A stretch of 64,000 nucleotides of DNA. Origin: an uncultured Gemmatimonadaceae bacterium. Its GTDB lineage: Bacteria; Gemmatimonadota; Gemmatimonadetes; Gemmatimonadales; Gemmatimonadaceae. Positions 44,199 to 56,037 of the stretch are shown one piece after another. Within the stretch, counting starts at the first letter, position 1, and each line of letters starts with the position of its first letter. The notes beneath the pieces are model-generated. The model was not told the origin of the DNA. It did not search any database and was given only the letters and a program-made list of their open reading frames with translations. The stretch lies in NCBI GenBank assembly GCA_963829055.1, contig CAWHHI010000003.1, positions 256,001-320,000 on the forward strand, given 5' to 3'. A program made the position numbers and the translations under genes.

Positions 44199-44310
44199 AT
44201 AGCTATCAGCTATCAGCTATCAGCTCAGCAATGCAGAACCCTCGGGACGTTTCTCGGCCGAGAAGCATCCTGAGGGTTCGCCGTTAGCTGATAGCTGATA
44301 GCTGATAGCC
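44199..44310. repeat. 7-bp-periodic inverted array (AGCTATC / GATAGCT) with inner hairpin, between convergent genes
   Basis: agctatcagctatcagctatcagct ... agctgatagctgatagctgatagc. Confidence 0.85.
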
Positions 44311-44317
44311 GACTAGC

Positions 44318-45893
44318 TCAGATCGCCCACCCAGACTCGGTATTCCCTCGTCAGGTACTGATTCGCATCCGCCGCGTTCGTGAACTGCATGTTCGCGCGC
44401 GTCGTAGAGCACCTTCTTGCCCTGACCCGCGCGCAGCGCGGCGATGCCTAACAACATCGTCTCCGTGAGCATCGACGAGTACTCGAACGGCGCGCTCGCC
44501 TTCGCCTCGCCCTTGCACGCCTGCGCGAAGTTCACCTCGTGCGGCACCTCGATGCGCGGGAACGTCTTCGGCACCCGCTCGGCCGCCTTCGCCACGCGAC
44601 TCGGGGTAGACCTTCGGGTTGTTGCCGTACGTCTCGTAGATGAGAATCCCCTTCGAGCCGACGAACACGCCACCGCCACCATCGCCGCGCGGGAGCGTGA
44701 TGTCGTCCGGGAGGAACGGCGGGCGCGGCGGCATGAGGCCGCCGTCGTACCAGTAGCAGCTTCACCGGCGGCTGCGCCGGCCGTGCCGCCGGCCGCGGGC
44801 CGCCCGGCGAACTCGTACTGCACCAGCGTCGCGAGCGGATACGACGCCGGGTTCGTCGCGCCCGCCACCCCACGGCGTCGACGACGACGAGATGCTCGTG
44901 GGATACGTCAGGCCTAAGCGCCCAGAACACCTGATCGATCAGGTGCGCGCCCATGTCACCGATCGCGCCGACGCCGAAGTCCACCCAGCCACGCCAGCTG
45001 AACGGATGATACGCCGGGTGATACGGGATCTCCTTCGCCGGACCGAGGAACAGGTCCCAGTCGAAGCCCGGCGGCGGCGTCTGCGGATTCTCGGCCATCG
45101 CCTTGAGCACCGCGTTGTCCACCGTTCGCATGTTCCATTGTGGCGGCGGCGGCGGACCGTCGGCGGCTGCGTTGCCGTCGTCGGCGCGGCGGCTGCGCGG
45201 CGGAGCGGCGTTAGGCGGGACGCGGACGCGGGATGCCCTGCGCCCAGTAGCGCACCGGGCGATCGGTCCACACGTGCGCCTCGCGCACCGGCCCGATGAT
45301 GCCCGACGCAATCAGCTCGTTGATGCGGCGCGTGCCTTCCATCGAGTGACCCTGATTGCCCATCTGCGTCACGACGCCGGTCGACTTCGCCGTCTTCGCG
45401 AGGAGACGCGCCTCGTACACCGAGTACGTGAGCGGCTTCTGCACGTAGACGTGCTTGCCCGCCTGCATCGCCGCCATCGCGATCACGGCGTGGAGATGAT
45501 CGGGCGTCGCGATGACGACGGCGTCGATGTCCTTCTGCTTGTCGAGCATCTGCCGGAAGTCATCGTACTTCGTCGCCTTCGTGTACGCGTCGCGCAGCTT
45601 CTCCGGCCTCCGGCGTCGGACCGGTCGCGTCCTTCGCGCGGGCGGAGCTCGCCGGCCAGCGAGCGCTCGACGTACGGGAAGTCCACGTCGCAGATCGCGA
45701 CGATGTTCTCGCCGAGGAAGCGCTTCATGTTCTGCATGCCCATGCCGCCAATGCCGACGCAGGCGACGTTCAGCGTCCGACTCGGCGGCTGATAGCCGCG
45801 CCGCCGAGGACGTGGCGTGGGACAATCATCGCGCCGAGCGGCGAGCTTGGCGGTGTCACCGACGAAGTCGCGGCGAGTGTAGCGATTGGACAT
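44318..45893 (-). CDS. Tat-exported Gfo/Idh/MocA-family oxidoreductase (frameshifted)
   Basis: TRRDFV twin-arginine; [48 protein letters not shown]. Confidence 0.9.
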
Positions 45894-46153
45894 GACGGAT
45901 CCCCGGATGGGAGTGGCTCGGCGATAGTTCCGGCGGACTATACGTCGTCGGTGCACACGCGGGACGACGGGAGACTGGCAGACGTGCCGGTGCAGACTGG
46001 GATGACTGGGAGACGTCGGCAGACGTGGAACCCTCGGGATGGCATCTCGCTCAGCGGGATCGAGCAGTCCCGGAGCTCGCACGTCTCCGCATCCTGTCGT
46101 AGTTGCCGTTCCCGTTGCCGTCATCCGCCAATCCTGTCCCGCTCGTCGGCAGT

Positions 46154-47344
46154 CTAGTCGCTCGTCATGATGAACAGCGGCGCTCCATCGAACTCGTAGA
46201 TCGGCCGCAGCCGCTCCGTGTTGTAGTACTTCGGCACGTCCACGACCTTCTTCTCCGACGTCACGCTCGTGATCGGCACGCTGTCGTAGAACCCTTTGTG
46301 GATGCTGACGAGTCGTCCGTACTGCTTCTTGAGGATCAGGTCGAGCGCGAGATTGCCGAACGCCATCGGCACGATCGAGTCGAGCGCGTCGGGGTCACCC
46401 GAGCGAACGAGGTAGCCGAGCCGCTGGTTCACGACGTCGATGCGACGGCCGTTGTTGTACTTCGGCGAGTACTCCTTGAGCGCCGCGGCGACCTTGTCGC
46501 CAATGCCCGCCGAGCTTGCGGTGGCCGAACATGTCCACGTCCTCGCCCTCGAAGCTCATCCCCTCCTGCGACGTTAGGCGCGCCCCTTCCGACACCAGCA
46601 CCACGGAGTAGCGGCTCGGGTTGCCGATTGCGGTCGTACGTCAGCAGCTCCGCCAGATGCTCGACGTCGACGGCATGCTCGGGGATGACGCAACGGTCGG
46701 CGGCGCCGGCCATCGTCGGGAGCAGCGCGGTGAAGCCCGCGTACCGGCCGAACACTTCGATCACGAGAAAGCGCTCGTGCGAGCCGGCCGACGTGCGCAG
46801 GCTGTGCGTGAGCTCGATCGTGCGCGTGACGCACGTGCTGAAGCCGATGCAGTAGTCGGTGCCGTAGACGTCGTTGTCCATCGTCTTCGGGATCGCCACG
46901 ACGTTCACGCCCTCGTCGTGCAGTCGCTTGCCGTAGCTCAGCGTGTCGTCGCCACCGATCGGGATCAGCGTGTCGACGCCGATGTGCTCGAGGTTCTTGA
47001 GAACGTCCTTCGTGATGTCGTTGACCGTGTCTGTCGTAGCCGGTCAGTGCTGCGGCACGCGCTCTCGCGGCAGATGGCTCGGCCGCGTGCGCGACGTGTG
47101 GAGGAACGTGCCGCCGGTGCGACCGGCGCGGTTCACGATCGCCTCCGACAGCTCCTGCACGTTGTCGGTGTTGTCGGCGCCTTTCTCGCGCTCGTAATCC
47201 ACGAGCCCGGCCCAGCCGCGCCGGATGCCGACGCACGCGGTAGCCCTCGCGCAGCGCGCGGATCGTGATGGCGCGGATCGCCGGGTTGAGACCTGGCACG
47301 TCGCCGCCACCGGTCAGTATCGCGATCGTCCCCTTATCTGACAT
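46154..47344 (-). CDS. pfkA: 6-phosphofructokinase, PfkA family (frameshifted)
   Basis: [51 protein letters not shown]. Confidence 0.92.
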
Positions 47345-47536
47345 GCACGCTTCTCGTTGACTTGTAATGCGGAGGCGATTCCGTGGGAGTGCTGTCGAAG
47401 CAGCTGAACGGAGTCGCCGGCACAGGCGTATCTACGGTGTGCGTCCGCGGTCTATGCGCCAGCATGGTCGTGCGCTCGCGGTGCAACTGCTGGCCGCTCC
47501 CCACCCATCACGTTCCCCGACCACGTGAGCTTGTTC

Positions 47537-49627
47537 ATGTCCAGCGCTTCCTTCCGTTCTCCGGTTCGTCTTGCCGCCATCGTCGCTGCGCTCTGCGTCG
47601 CGGCGGCGTCCTCGGCGGTCGCGCAACGCGCGTCAAAGGTTCTCGACCGCGCGAATCTCGACACCACCTGTGCGCCGTGCACGGACTTCTACCAGTTCGC
47701 GAACGGTGCGTGGCTTACGCAACCACACCATTCCTCCCGACAAGAGCGGACTCGGCAGCTTCGGAATGCTGAGCGACAAGAACCAGGAGGTCGTTCAGAA
47801 AATCGTCATCGACGACGCGAGCCTCGCACGCGACGGCGAGACCAAGCAGGGCACGAACGAGTGGAAGATCGGCACGTTCTACATGGCGTGCATGGACACC
47901 ACTTCCCTCGACGCCGCTGGCTTCAAACCCATCAAGCCGCTGCTCGATGCGATCGCGGCCGCGAAGACCACGGACGATGTGGTGAAGCTATTCGGCAATA
48001 GACGCGGTGGGGGAGGTGGCGGCGGCGGGCGCGGCGGTGGCGGCGGCTTCGCCCCCTTCGGTCTCGGCCCACAGACTGATCCGAGAAACAGCACGATGGT
48101 CATTCTGTCGGCGAATCAGGGCGGGCTCATCCTGAACCGCGAGGACTACCTCGATACGAACGACCGCGCGACGAAGCGGCGGCAGCAGTACACCGCGCAC
48201 GTTGCGCGATCGCTGCAGCTCATCGGCGAGTCGGAGGCGCAGGCCAAGGCCGATGCGCGACTCGATCCTCGCGCTCGAGACGAGGATCGCGAAGATCTCG
48301 ATCCCGCAGGCGGACCTGCGCGACCCGAACGCGACGTACCACAAGATGACGCTGGCCGAGTTCGGGGCGATGACGCCGCACTTGAACTGGACGCGGTACC
48401 TCGCAGCAGCAGGGCGCGAAGACGACGGCCGACGTGAACGTCCGCACACCGACGTTCTTCACCGCGCTCGATTCGCTCGTGCCCGCGGTGTCGGTGGATA
48501 CCTGGAAGGCGTACCTGCGCTGGCATGCGACGAGCGGCGCGATGGGCTCGCTCAGCTCGCCGTTCCGGAAGGAAGCGTTCCGCTGGCAGCAGGTGACCAC
48601 CGGCGTGCAGCAGCCCGAGCCGCGGCTCAAGCAGTGCGCTGCCGCGACGAACGCGGCGTTAGGCGAGGCCGTCGGCGAGGACTGGGTCAAGCGCAACTTC
48701 ACGCCCGCCGCCAAGGCGCGCGCGACGAAGATGGTGGACAACCTCGTGTCGGCGCTGCGCGATCGCATCCGCCAGCTCGACTGGATGAGCGAGCCGACGA
48801 AAGTCCAGGCGGTCGCGAAGCTGGACGCGTTCCTCCGCAAGGTCGCGTACCCGGACAAGTGGCGCGACTACTCGACGCTCGCGATCGTGCCCGGCTCGTA
48901 CTTCGAGAACCAGCGCGCCGTCGCCGAATGGAACTCGGCTCGCAGCTGGGCGCGGGTCGGCAAGGCGCCGGACCGCAGCGAGTGGAGCATGACGCCGCCG
49001 ACGGTGAACGCGTCGTACAGCTCGTCGCTCAACCAGATCCAGTTCCCAGCGGGCATCCTGCAGCCGCCGTTCTTCGATCCGAACGCCGACGACGCCGTCA
49101 ACTACGGCGCGATGGGCGCCGTCATCGGACACGAGATGACGCACGGCTTCGACGACTCCGGCCGGCAGTTCGACGCGAAGGGCAACCTGCGCGACTGGTG
49201 GACGCCGGAGGATGCCGCGAAGTACAAGTCAGCCGCACAGCTCGTCGTCGATCAGTTCAACGGCTTCACGGTCGTCGACGACCAGTCGCACGTGAACGGC
49301 CGCCTGACGTTAGGCGAGAACATCGCCGACCTGGGCGGTCTGACGGTCGCGTACTTCGCGCTGCACAAGGCGATCGGCGACAAACCGCAGCCGAAGATCG
49401 ACGGCTTCACGCCCGAGCAGCGGTTCTTCCTCGCGTGGGCGCAGATCTGGCGCGAGCTGCAGCGGCCGGAGGCGGTGCTCCAGAACCTGAAGACGAACCC
49501 GCACTCGCCGGGCAAGTGGCGCGTCAACGGACCGCTGGCGAACATGCCGGAGTTCAAGGCGGCCTGGGGATGCAAGGAGGGCGACGCAATGGTGCGCCCC
49601 GACAGCCTGCGGGCGAGAATCTGGTAA
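47537..49627 (+). CDS. M13-family (neprilysin/PepO-like) secreted metallo-endopeptidase (frameshifted)
   Basis: PCTDFYQFANG, VNASY, GAVIGHEMTHGFDD, GENIADLGG, PHSP..RVNG. Confidence 0.95.
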
Positions 49628-49640
49628 CGAGCGCGGAGCA

Positions 49641-49674
49641 GCGAAGGCCGGGTCCGAACGGACCCGGCCTTCGC
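49641..49674 (+). terminator. Hairpin downstream of M13 peptidase
   Basis: gcgaaggccgggtccg-aa-cggacccggccttcgc. Confidence 0.7.
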
Positions 49675-49725
49675 TTCACCCTGATATGCGCGATACCGCG
49701 CAACGACTCGCGCGGAGTCACTGGA

Positions 49726-49959
49726 ATGAACGAGGACGTCTTCAACCTCGACCTGCGAAAGTTCCTCAAGCGCTTCGGCGTGACCGCGCAGCGCGAGATC
49801 GAGCGCTCCGTCACGGAAGCGATCGAGAACGGGACGCTCACCGGTTCGGAGACGCTGTCCGTCCGCGCCACGCTCACGATCCCCGACGTGCTCGGCGAGC
49901 TGCGCATCGACGGTGAGATCGGGCTCGCGCGCACGTCCTCGCCCGAGCCCGGCGCCTAG
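49726..49959 (+). CDS. Small conserved protein (DUF6494-like)
   Basis: GGAG RBS; MNEDVFNLDLRKFLKRFGVTAQREIE..IDGEI. Confidence 0.75.
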   Translation: MNEDVFNLDLRKFLKRFGVTAQREIERSVTEAIENGTLTGSETLSVRATLTIPDVLGELRIDGEIGLARTSSPEPGA

Positions 49960-49960
49960 G

Positions 49961-50119
49961 GTCATTCCGAGCGGCGGGTTGTCATTCCGAGCGACGAGCC
50001 GAGTGCCACGAAGGGGCGCAGTCGAGGAATCGCGATCGGTGCCTGGATAGAGAGCTCTCTACCGTAGCACGCCAAGCGATTCCTCGACTGCGCGCCTTCG
50101 CGGCTTCGCTCGGAATGAC
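49961..50119. repeat. REP/MITE-like element, GTCATTCCGAGC family
   Basis: gtcattccgagc twice ... gctcggaatgac; inner gcagtcgaggaatcgc/gcgattcctcgactgc; fills gap between convergent stops. Confidence 0.88.
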
Positions 50120-50122
50120 AGC

Positions 50123-52833
50123 TCAGTCGCTCCGCAGCGCGACCATCGGGTCCACGCGCGCGGCGCGGCGCGCGGGAATGAGACACGCACCGATCGCCAC
50201 GAGCCCGAGCAGCGTCGGGACGGCAATGAACACCGCCGGATCGTTCGGCGTCACGCCGAAGAGGAATCCGGCCAGCACCCGGCTCGCGCCGAGCGCGCCG
50301 ATGATGCCTAACGCCACGCCGGCGGCCGCGAGCGTGCCGCCTTCGCGCAGCACCATCCCGAGCACGTCGCGTCGCGCGAGCGCCGAGCGCCATGCGGACG
50401 CCGATCTCGCGCGTGCGCCGCACGACGGCGTAGGCCACCACGCCGTAGATGCCCGACGGCGCCAAGGGTAAGCGCCACCGCCGCGAACGTCGCCAGCAGC
50501 AGCATCGTGAAGCGCGCTCGCGCGGCGGAGTTGGACACGAGGTCCTCGAGCGGCCGCACCGCGTTCACGGGAACGTGGGATCGACGGCGGCGACGGCGCC
50601 GCGAAGCCGCGACGTGAGCGTCGCGAGAGATCGCCCGTCGCCGCGCACCACGAGCGTCATCTGCGTCGGAGAAGCTGAACCCGGCGATGTCTCCCCATCG
50701 GGAGATACACGCTCACCTCCCCGGCGCTGCTCAGGCTGTCACGCTTCACCGTCCCGACGACACCCGACGACCGTCATCCACGACTTCACCCAGACCGGCC
50801 GGAATCGCTGGCCGATAGCGCTCGGCGTTAGGCCAGAGACGCCGGGCGGTGAGCTCGTCCACGAGCGCGACCGCCGGATGCACCCGATCGCGATCCGCCG
50901 CGCCGAAGCCTCGTCCGCGAAGGAGCGGAATGCCCGATCGTCTTGAAGTAGTCGTCGCTCACGACGGTGCGCACGAGCATCGGTGCCGAGCGCGCCCGGC
51001 GGCAGCGGGATTCGCCTCGATGCTCGGACGCGAACGAGCTCTGCATGCTGCCCGTCGCCACCGAATGGCAGCACGCTCGCGACGGCCGCGGACGTCACGC
51101 CCGGCATCGTGCGCGCCCGCTCGAGCACCGCCTCGTAGAACGCCGTGCGCGCGCACCGCGGTGTCCGACGGGAAGCTCGGAATCGGAATGTCCGCCGCGA
51201 TCACCTGCTCGGGACGAAAGCCCAGCTCGACCTGGTGCAGCCGCCAGAAGCTCTTGATGAGCAGCCCCGCACCAGCGACGAGCACGACGCCGAGCGCGAT
51301 CTGCGCGACGACGAGCCACTCCGAGAGTCGGCGCCGCGCGAGACGTGCCGCCCGCATTGCGCGTGGCACCGAGCACCGCCTGGAGCGTCGGCCGTGATGC
51401 GCGGAGTGCCGGCGCGAGCCCGAACGTCAGGCCCGTCGCGAGCGCGGTGACCATCGTGAACGCGAGCACGCGCAGTCGATCGCGACTTCGGTGACGCGCG
51501 GCATGCCGGCCGGCAGCAGCAGGAGGAGCGCGCGAACGCCAGCCGCCGCCGACCGCCGAGTCCGAGCGCGCCACCGACGCAGCGCCGAGCATGACGCTCT
51601 CGGTGAGCAGCTGCCTAACGATGCGACCTCGGCCGGCTCCGAGCGACGCGCGGATCGCGATCTCGCGCTCGCGCGCGGCCGCGCGACTCAGCAGCAGGTT
51701 CGCGACGTTGACGCAGGCGATGAGCAGCACGACCGCGACTGAGCCGAACAGCACGACGAGCATCGGCCCCACGTCACCCATCGACCTTGCGCTCGAGCGG
51801 CACGACCGTGACGCCCGTCCCCCACGCGTCCGGCATCCGCCACGGGAACGACGCTGCGGCTCCGGTCCACGAGCATGGCGATCTCCTGCTCGCGCCTGCG
51901 CTAACGCTCACGCCGCGCCGGAGCCGGCCGATGACGTTGAGGTGACTCGTGCCCCAGTACCGGACCGATGTTCGCCGGCGACGCGTCGAGCGACACCGGT
52001 ACCCAGAAGTCGACTGCCGGCGACGGAAAGCGGAAGCCGCCGGCATGACGCCGACGACGGTGCGCGCGATGCCATCGACGATCACTGATCGGCCAATGAC
52101 GCTCCGGTCGCCACCGAAGCGCTGCTGCCAGAGCGCGTGCCCGAGCACGGCGACGCGGTCGCGGCCCGGCAGGTCCTCGCCCTCGAGCAACGTGCGGCCG
52201 ACCTCCGCCGTCACGCCGAGCACGTCGAAGAAGCGGCTCGTGACCTCGGACTGCACGAGGCGCGCCGGCTCCGACTGCGCCGGTCATGCTCACGGCGACG
52301 TACCACCCGAATAGCCGGCGATCGGCATCGAGCGTCCGCGTCCCGTCGCGCACCTCGCACGAACACGCCCGGCATCATGGCGCCCTCGGGCCACACGCTG
52401 ACGAGCCGATCCGGGTCGGCGTACGGAAGCGACTTGAGCAGCGCCGCGTCGACGACCGAGAAGATCGCCGCGTTGGCACCGATGCCGAACGCCAGCGTGA
52501 GGACGGTGATGACGAGGAAGGACGGACGGCCGTGGCAGCGCGCGCGTGGCGAAACGCACGTCCTGCCGCAGCGCCTCCCACCAATCCGCGCGGCGCTCGC
52601 GCTCGACGCGACCGCGATCGATCGCCGCGATCTCGTCGCGCGCGGCGCGGAGGTCACCGAACTCCGTGCGCGCCTGCGCTTCGGCTGCCTCGACGCGTGA
52701 GGCCGCGCGACATGAGCACCTCGATGCGCGTCTCGACGTGGAACGCGAGCTCGTCGTCGACCTCGCGCTCCACGTCGCGCGACGCGCCGCCGGCTGGCGC
52801 AGCAATTTCCGAATACCGGATCCCAGATCTCAT
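50123..52833 (-). CDS. Second ADOP-type duplicated ABC permease (heavily frameshifted)
   Basis: [74 protein letters not shown]. Confidence 0.9.
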
Positions 52834-52852
52834 GCGTGTATCTCCCTCGGGC

Positions 52853-53192
52853 TCACGATGCCGCTCGCAGCACCTTGAACACCGCCTCGGCGTACGTGCG
52901 TCCAGCGCGTCGTCTCGGCGCGGAGCTGCGCGCGGCCTCGCGTGGTGAGCTGGTAGTACTTCGCCTTGCGGTTGTTCTCGGAGAGTCCCCACTCGGACTC
53001 CACCCAGCCCGCGGTCCTCGAGTCGGTGCAGCGCGACGTAGAGCGCGCGGTCCTCGACGTTCAGCGTCTCGTCCGACGTCTCGCGAATCCAGTCGCGACG
53101 GCGTAGCCGTGTCGTGGCCCGAAGACGAGCGCCTTGAGCACCAGCACGTCGAGCGTGCCCTGGAGGAGTGCGAGGTCACCGGCTGGCGGCAT
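52853..53192 (-). CDS. Second PadR-family regulator
   Basis: LLQGTLDVLVLKAL..PRHGY, WGLSENNRKAKYY. Confidence 0.88.
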
Positions 53193-53198
53193 TGGCGA

Positions 53199-53221
53199 TT
53201 CCCCGGAAATGTTCCGGGGAA
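53199..53221. promoter_or_regulatory. Candidate PadR operator, 23-bp palindrome
   Basis: TTCCCCGGAA-atg-TTCCGGGGAA 6 bp upstream of padR start. Confidence 0.6.
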
Positions 53222-53408
53222 GGGTGCGCAGAAATCCCCGGACGGTCAAGCTACGCGAGACATCAGACACTCGACATCCGCGGAGGGTTGGCTCGAGCGT
53301 GAACGCGCTCGAGGTGGACACGCTTCGTGCGGCATCACAGTAGCGTCCGAATCGGGACGCGAGATCGGATCCCGAGCCACCCGTCGTTCCGCTCACGGAG
53401 GGCCAGCC

Positions 53409-53939
53409 ATGACCGAGTACGCCCGTCGCTCCATCGTCGACCGGATGAGAGGGGCCGCGCTGCTCGACGTCGCTACCTATGAGGAAGTCGAGCACGACAA
53501 CGAGGCGACCGGTCAGGCGGCGGTGGTCGTGGTCATCGTCGCCGATCTGCACGGCGATCGGCGCGGTCTGGCGCGGTGGTCCGTCGATCATCATCGGCGC
53601 CGATCAGGCGCGGTGCTCGGCGTGGCTGTTCTGGTCGGCGATGACCTACGTGATCGGCGACAAGCTGCTGGGCGGCACGGCGACGTGGGGCGAGCTGCTC
53701 CGCACGATCGGGTTCGCGCAGGCACCGGGCGTGCTCATGATCTTCGGGATCATCCCGATCCTCGGCGGGCTGGTGCGCGCGGTGGTCGCGGTCTGGCTGC
53801 TGTTCACCGGCGATCGTCGCGATTCGTCAGGCGCTCGATTTCTCGACGGGGAAGGCGATTCTGACGGCGTTTCTCGGGTGGATCGCAATGGTCGCGCTGA
53901 CGTTTCTCACCGGCGGCGGGCGGCTGGTTCCGGATGTGA
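53409..53939 (+). CDS. YIP1-family membrane protein (frameshifted)
   Basis: GGAGG RBS; RMRGAALLDVATYEEVEHD..ATGQA, GELLRTIGFAQAPG, AIRQALDFST. Confidence 0.8.
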
Positions 53940-53942
53940 GCT

Positions 53943-54070
53943 GTCATTCCGAGCGGAGCGAGGTCCGCGATCGCGGTAGAGGGTCGCCTGACGCGGCAGA
54001 GGGATCGCTGCATCGTCCGGTAGCGAGCCCTCGATCGCGACGTCGGATTCCTCGGCTCGCTCGGAATGAC
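53943..54070. repeat. REP/MITE-like element, GTCATTCCGAGC family
   Basis: gtcattccgagcggagcgagg ... cctcggctcgctcggaatgac between convergent stops. Confidence 0.85.
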
Positions 54071-54075
54071 GTCCG

Positions 54076-55390
54076 TTAGGCGCCAGGCCCGAACGGATCC
54101 TCCAGCGACGGACTCTGCGGCGTCATGAGCTCCGCGCCGTCCGCCGTGATGATCATGTCATCCTCGAGCCGCACGCCGAACTCACCCGGGATGTAGATCC
54201 CCGGCTCATCGCTGAACGTCATGCCCGGCTCGAGCTTCTGCGTGTTGCCCTTCACGAGGTACGGCCACTCGTGGCCGTCCATGCCGATGCCGTGGCCGAC
54301 GCGATGCGTGAAGTACTTGTAGCCCGGGCCGAAACCGGCGTCGACGATGACCTTTCGCGCCGCGGCGTCCACCGCCTGACATTCGACGCCCGGGCGCGCG
54401 GCCTTGAGCGCCGCCGTCTGCGCCTGGTGCTCGATGTCGAACACCTTCTTCATCCGATCCGTCGCCTTGCCTAACACGAACGTGCGGCTGATAGTCGGAG
54501 TTGTAGCCCTCGACCTGGCAGCCGCCGTCGATGAGCAGGATCGTTCCCGGGCGGATCACCTGCGGCGTGACCGATCCGTGCGGGAGCGCGGAGTACTCGC
54601 CGACCTGCACGCCGGCATCACCGCGGTAGCCGAGTCGCTGGTGCGCGGCCGACGACGAAGCCGGCGAATTGATTCTGGGTCATGCCATCGGCGAGCGACT
54701 TCCACGCCGCCTCGTACGCCTTGAGCGTGACCGCGCTCGCGTGACGCATGAGCGCGAGCTCGGCGTCGGACTTCACGCCGCGACAACCGGCGGTGACGGG
54801 CGTGCCGCTCGTCAGGCGGAGCGTCGGGCAGCGCCTTCGCCACGTTGTCGGAGAAGACGAAGCGCACCGTCTCCTCGATGCCTAACGTGCCGGTCGCGAG
54901 CCCTCGCGACCGGAGGCCGTCGGCGATCAGCGCGGACGGGCTCTCGTCTTCCTCCCACGTGTGGACCTCGGTGCCCTTGTCGAGCGGACCCGTGCGCACC
55001 TGCTCCATCGCGCCGCTCTTCCTCGAACTTCGGGCAGACGATGAACGGCGTGCCTTTCACCGGAAGGATGAGCGCGAGCATGCGCTCGCTCAGGCCCCAG
55101 CGGATGTTCGTGAAGTACTCGCATCGACGTGCCGCCCGTGAGCATGAGCGCGTCGATCTCTGTTCTCCGCATGAGGCGCGTCGCCTTGTCGATGCGCGCG
55201 CGCCGCTCCTCGACCGTGATCGGCTTGACGCCCGCGGTCATCGGCTTGAGCGCGGCGATCGCCGGTGGCAGCGTGCCACCCTGATGCGGCCTCGTCCGTG
55301 AGCGACGGCGTCGGCGACGGTGGCGCGGGCGGCGGTGGCCGCACAGCGCGGCGGCGTGCTGGTGCCGAGGAAGGTGCGGCGGGTAGGCAT
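54076..55390 (-). CDS. M24-family Xaa-Pro peptidase with Tat-like signal (frameshifted)
   Basis: TRRTFL; LIDGGC..GYNSD, FTHRVGHGIGMDGHEWP, FSDEPGIY..GVRLED. Confidence 0.92.
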
Positions 55391-55498
55391 TCCGGCTCCG
55401 GAGGCAGGGTGCGTGTGAACGAACGACGTTGCCTCACCGCGCAGTCGGCGGGCAAGGGGCAGGCCGTGCGCTTCCCTTGCGCCGACCGTTGCCTCGGC

Positions 55499-55886
55499 CT
55501 ACTGCTTCGCGTAGCTCGAAGCTCCTGCGTGTAGCCGTCGATCTCGAGCGTGCCGGCGAGGTGCGTCGCGTCGGTCAGCGTGCCGGTGAACGACTCGCCC
55601 AGGCCGTAGTCACGCGTGATCGTCAGCGTCAGCGTCCTGCCCGACCGTCCCGTCGATCGTCGTCGGCCCTGCGCGTCCGGCTTCGATGCGCGTAGTGCCC
55701 CGTCCCGGTCACGTGCGAACCCGACCTGCTCAGCGTCATGGACTCGCGGTAGACCGGCCCGATGCCGGTCGTGCGCCCAGGTTCCGCGAGATGGCCTGGC
55801 TCGCCGGTGAGGCTGGGTCGTGAGTGTGTCGTCCTGGCGTCTGCGCACGAGGCAGCCATGATGGCGACGATCCGTGACGACCACAT
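55499..55886 (-). CDS. Small hypothetical lipoprotein
   Basis: MWSSRIVAIMAASC signal; beta-rich TLTLTITRDYGLGESFTGTLTD; frameshifted, end uncertain. Confidence 0.45.
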
Positions 55887-56037
55887 CTTCGAGCGTCTGC
55901 GCATTGATTCCGTCCGATGGAGCGTAGTCTCTTCGAGCTGTCGTACGCGAAGTCCTGACGCTCGCTGCTGCATCGGCCCAACCCGAACCCACTCGCGTCG
56001 TCACTGACTCACTGCAGACACTCACTCTCCTTCCGTC

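Noticed and set aside
48004..48048. Poly-Gly tract in the M13 peptidase (and at about 11416-11432)
   Set aside because: Low-complexity linker with mixed codons, not a contingency repeat
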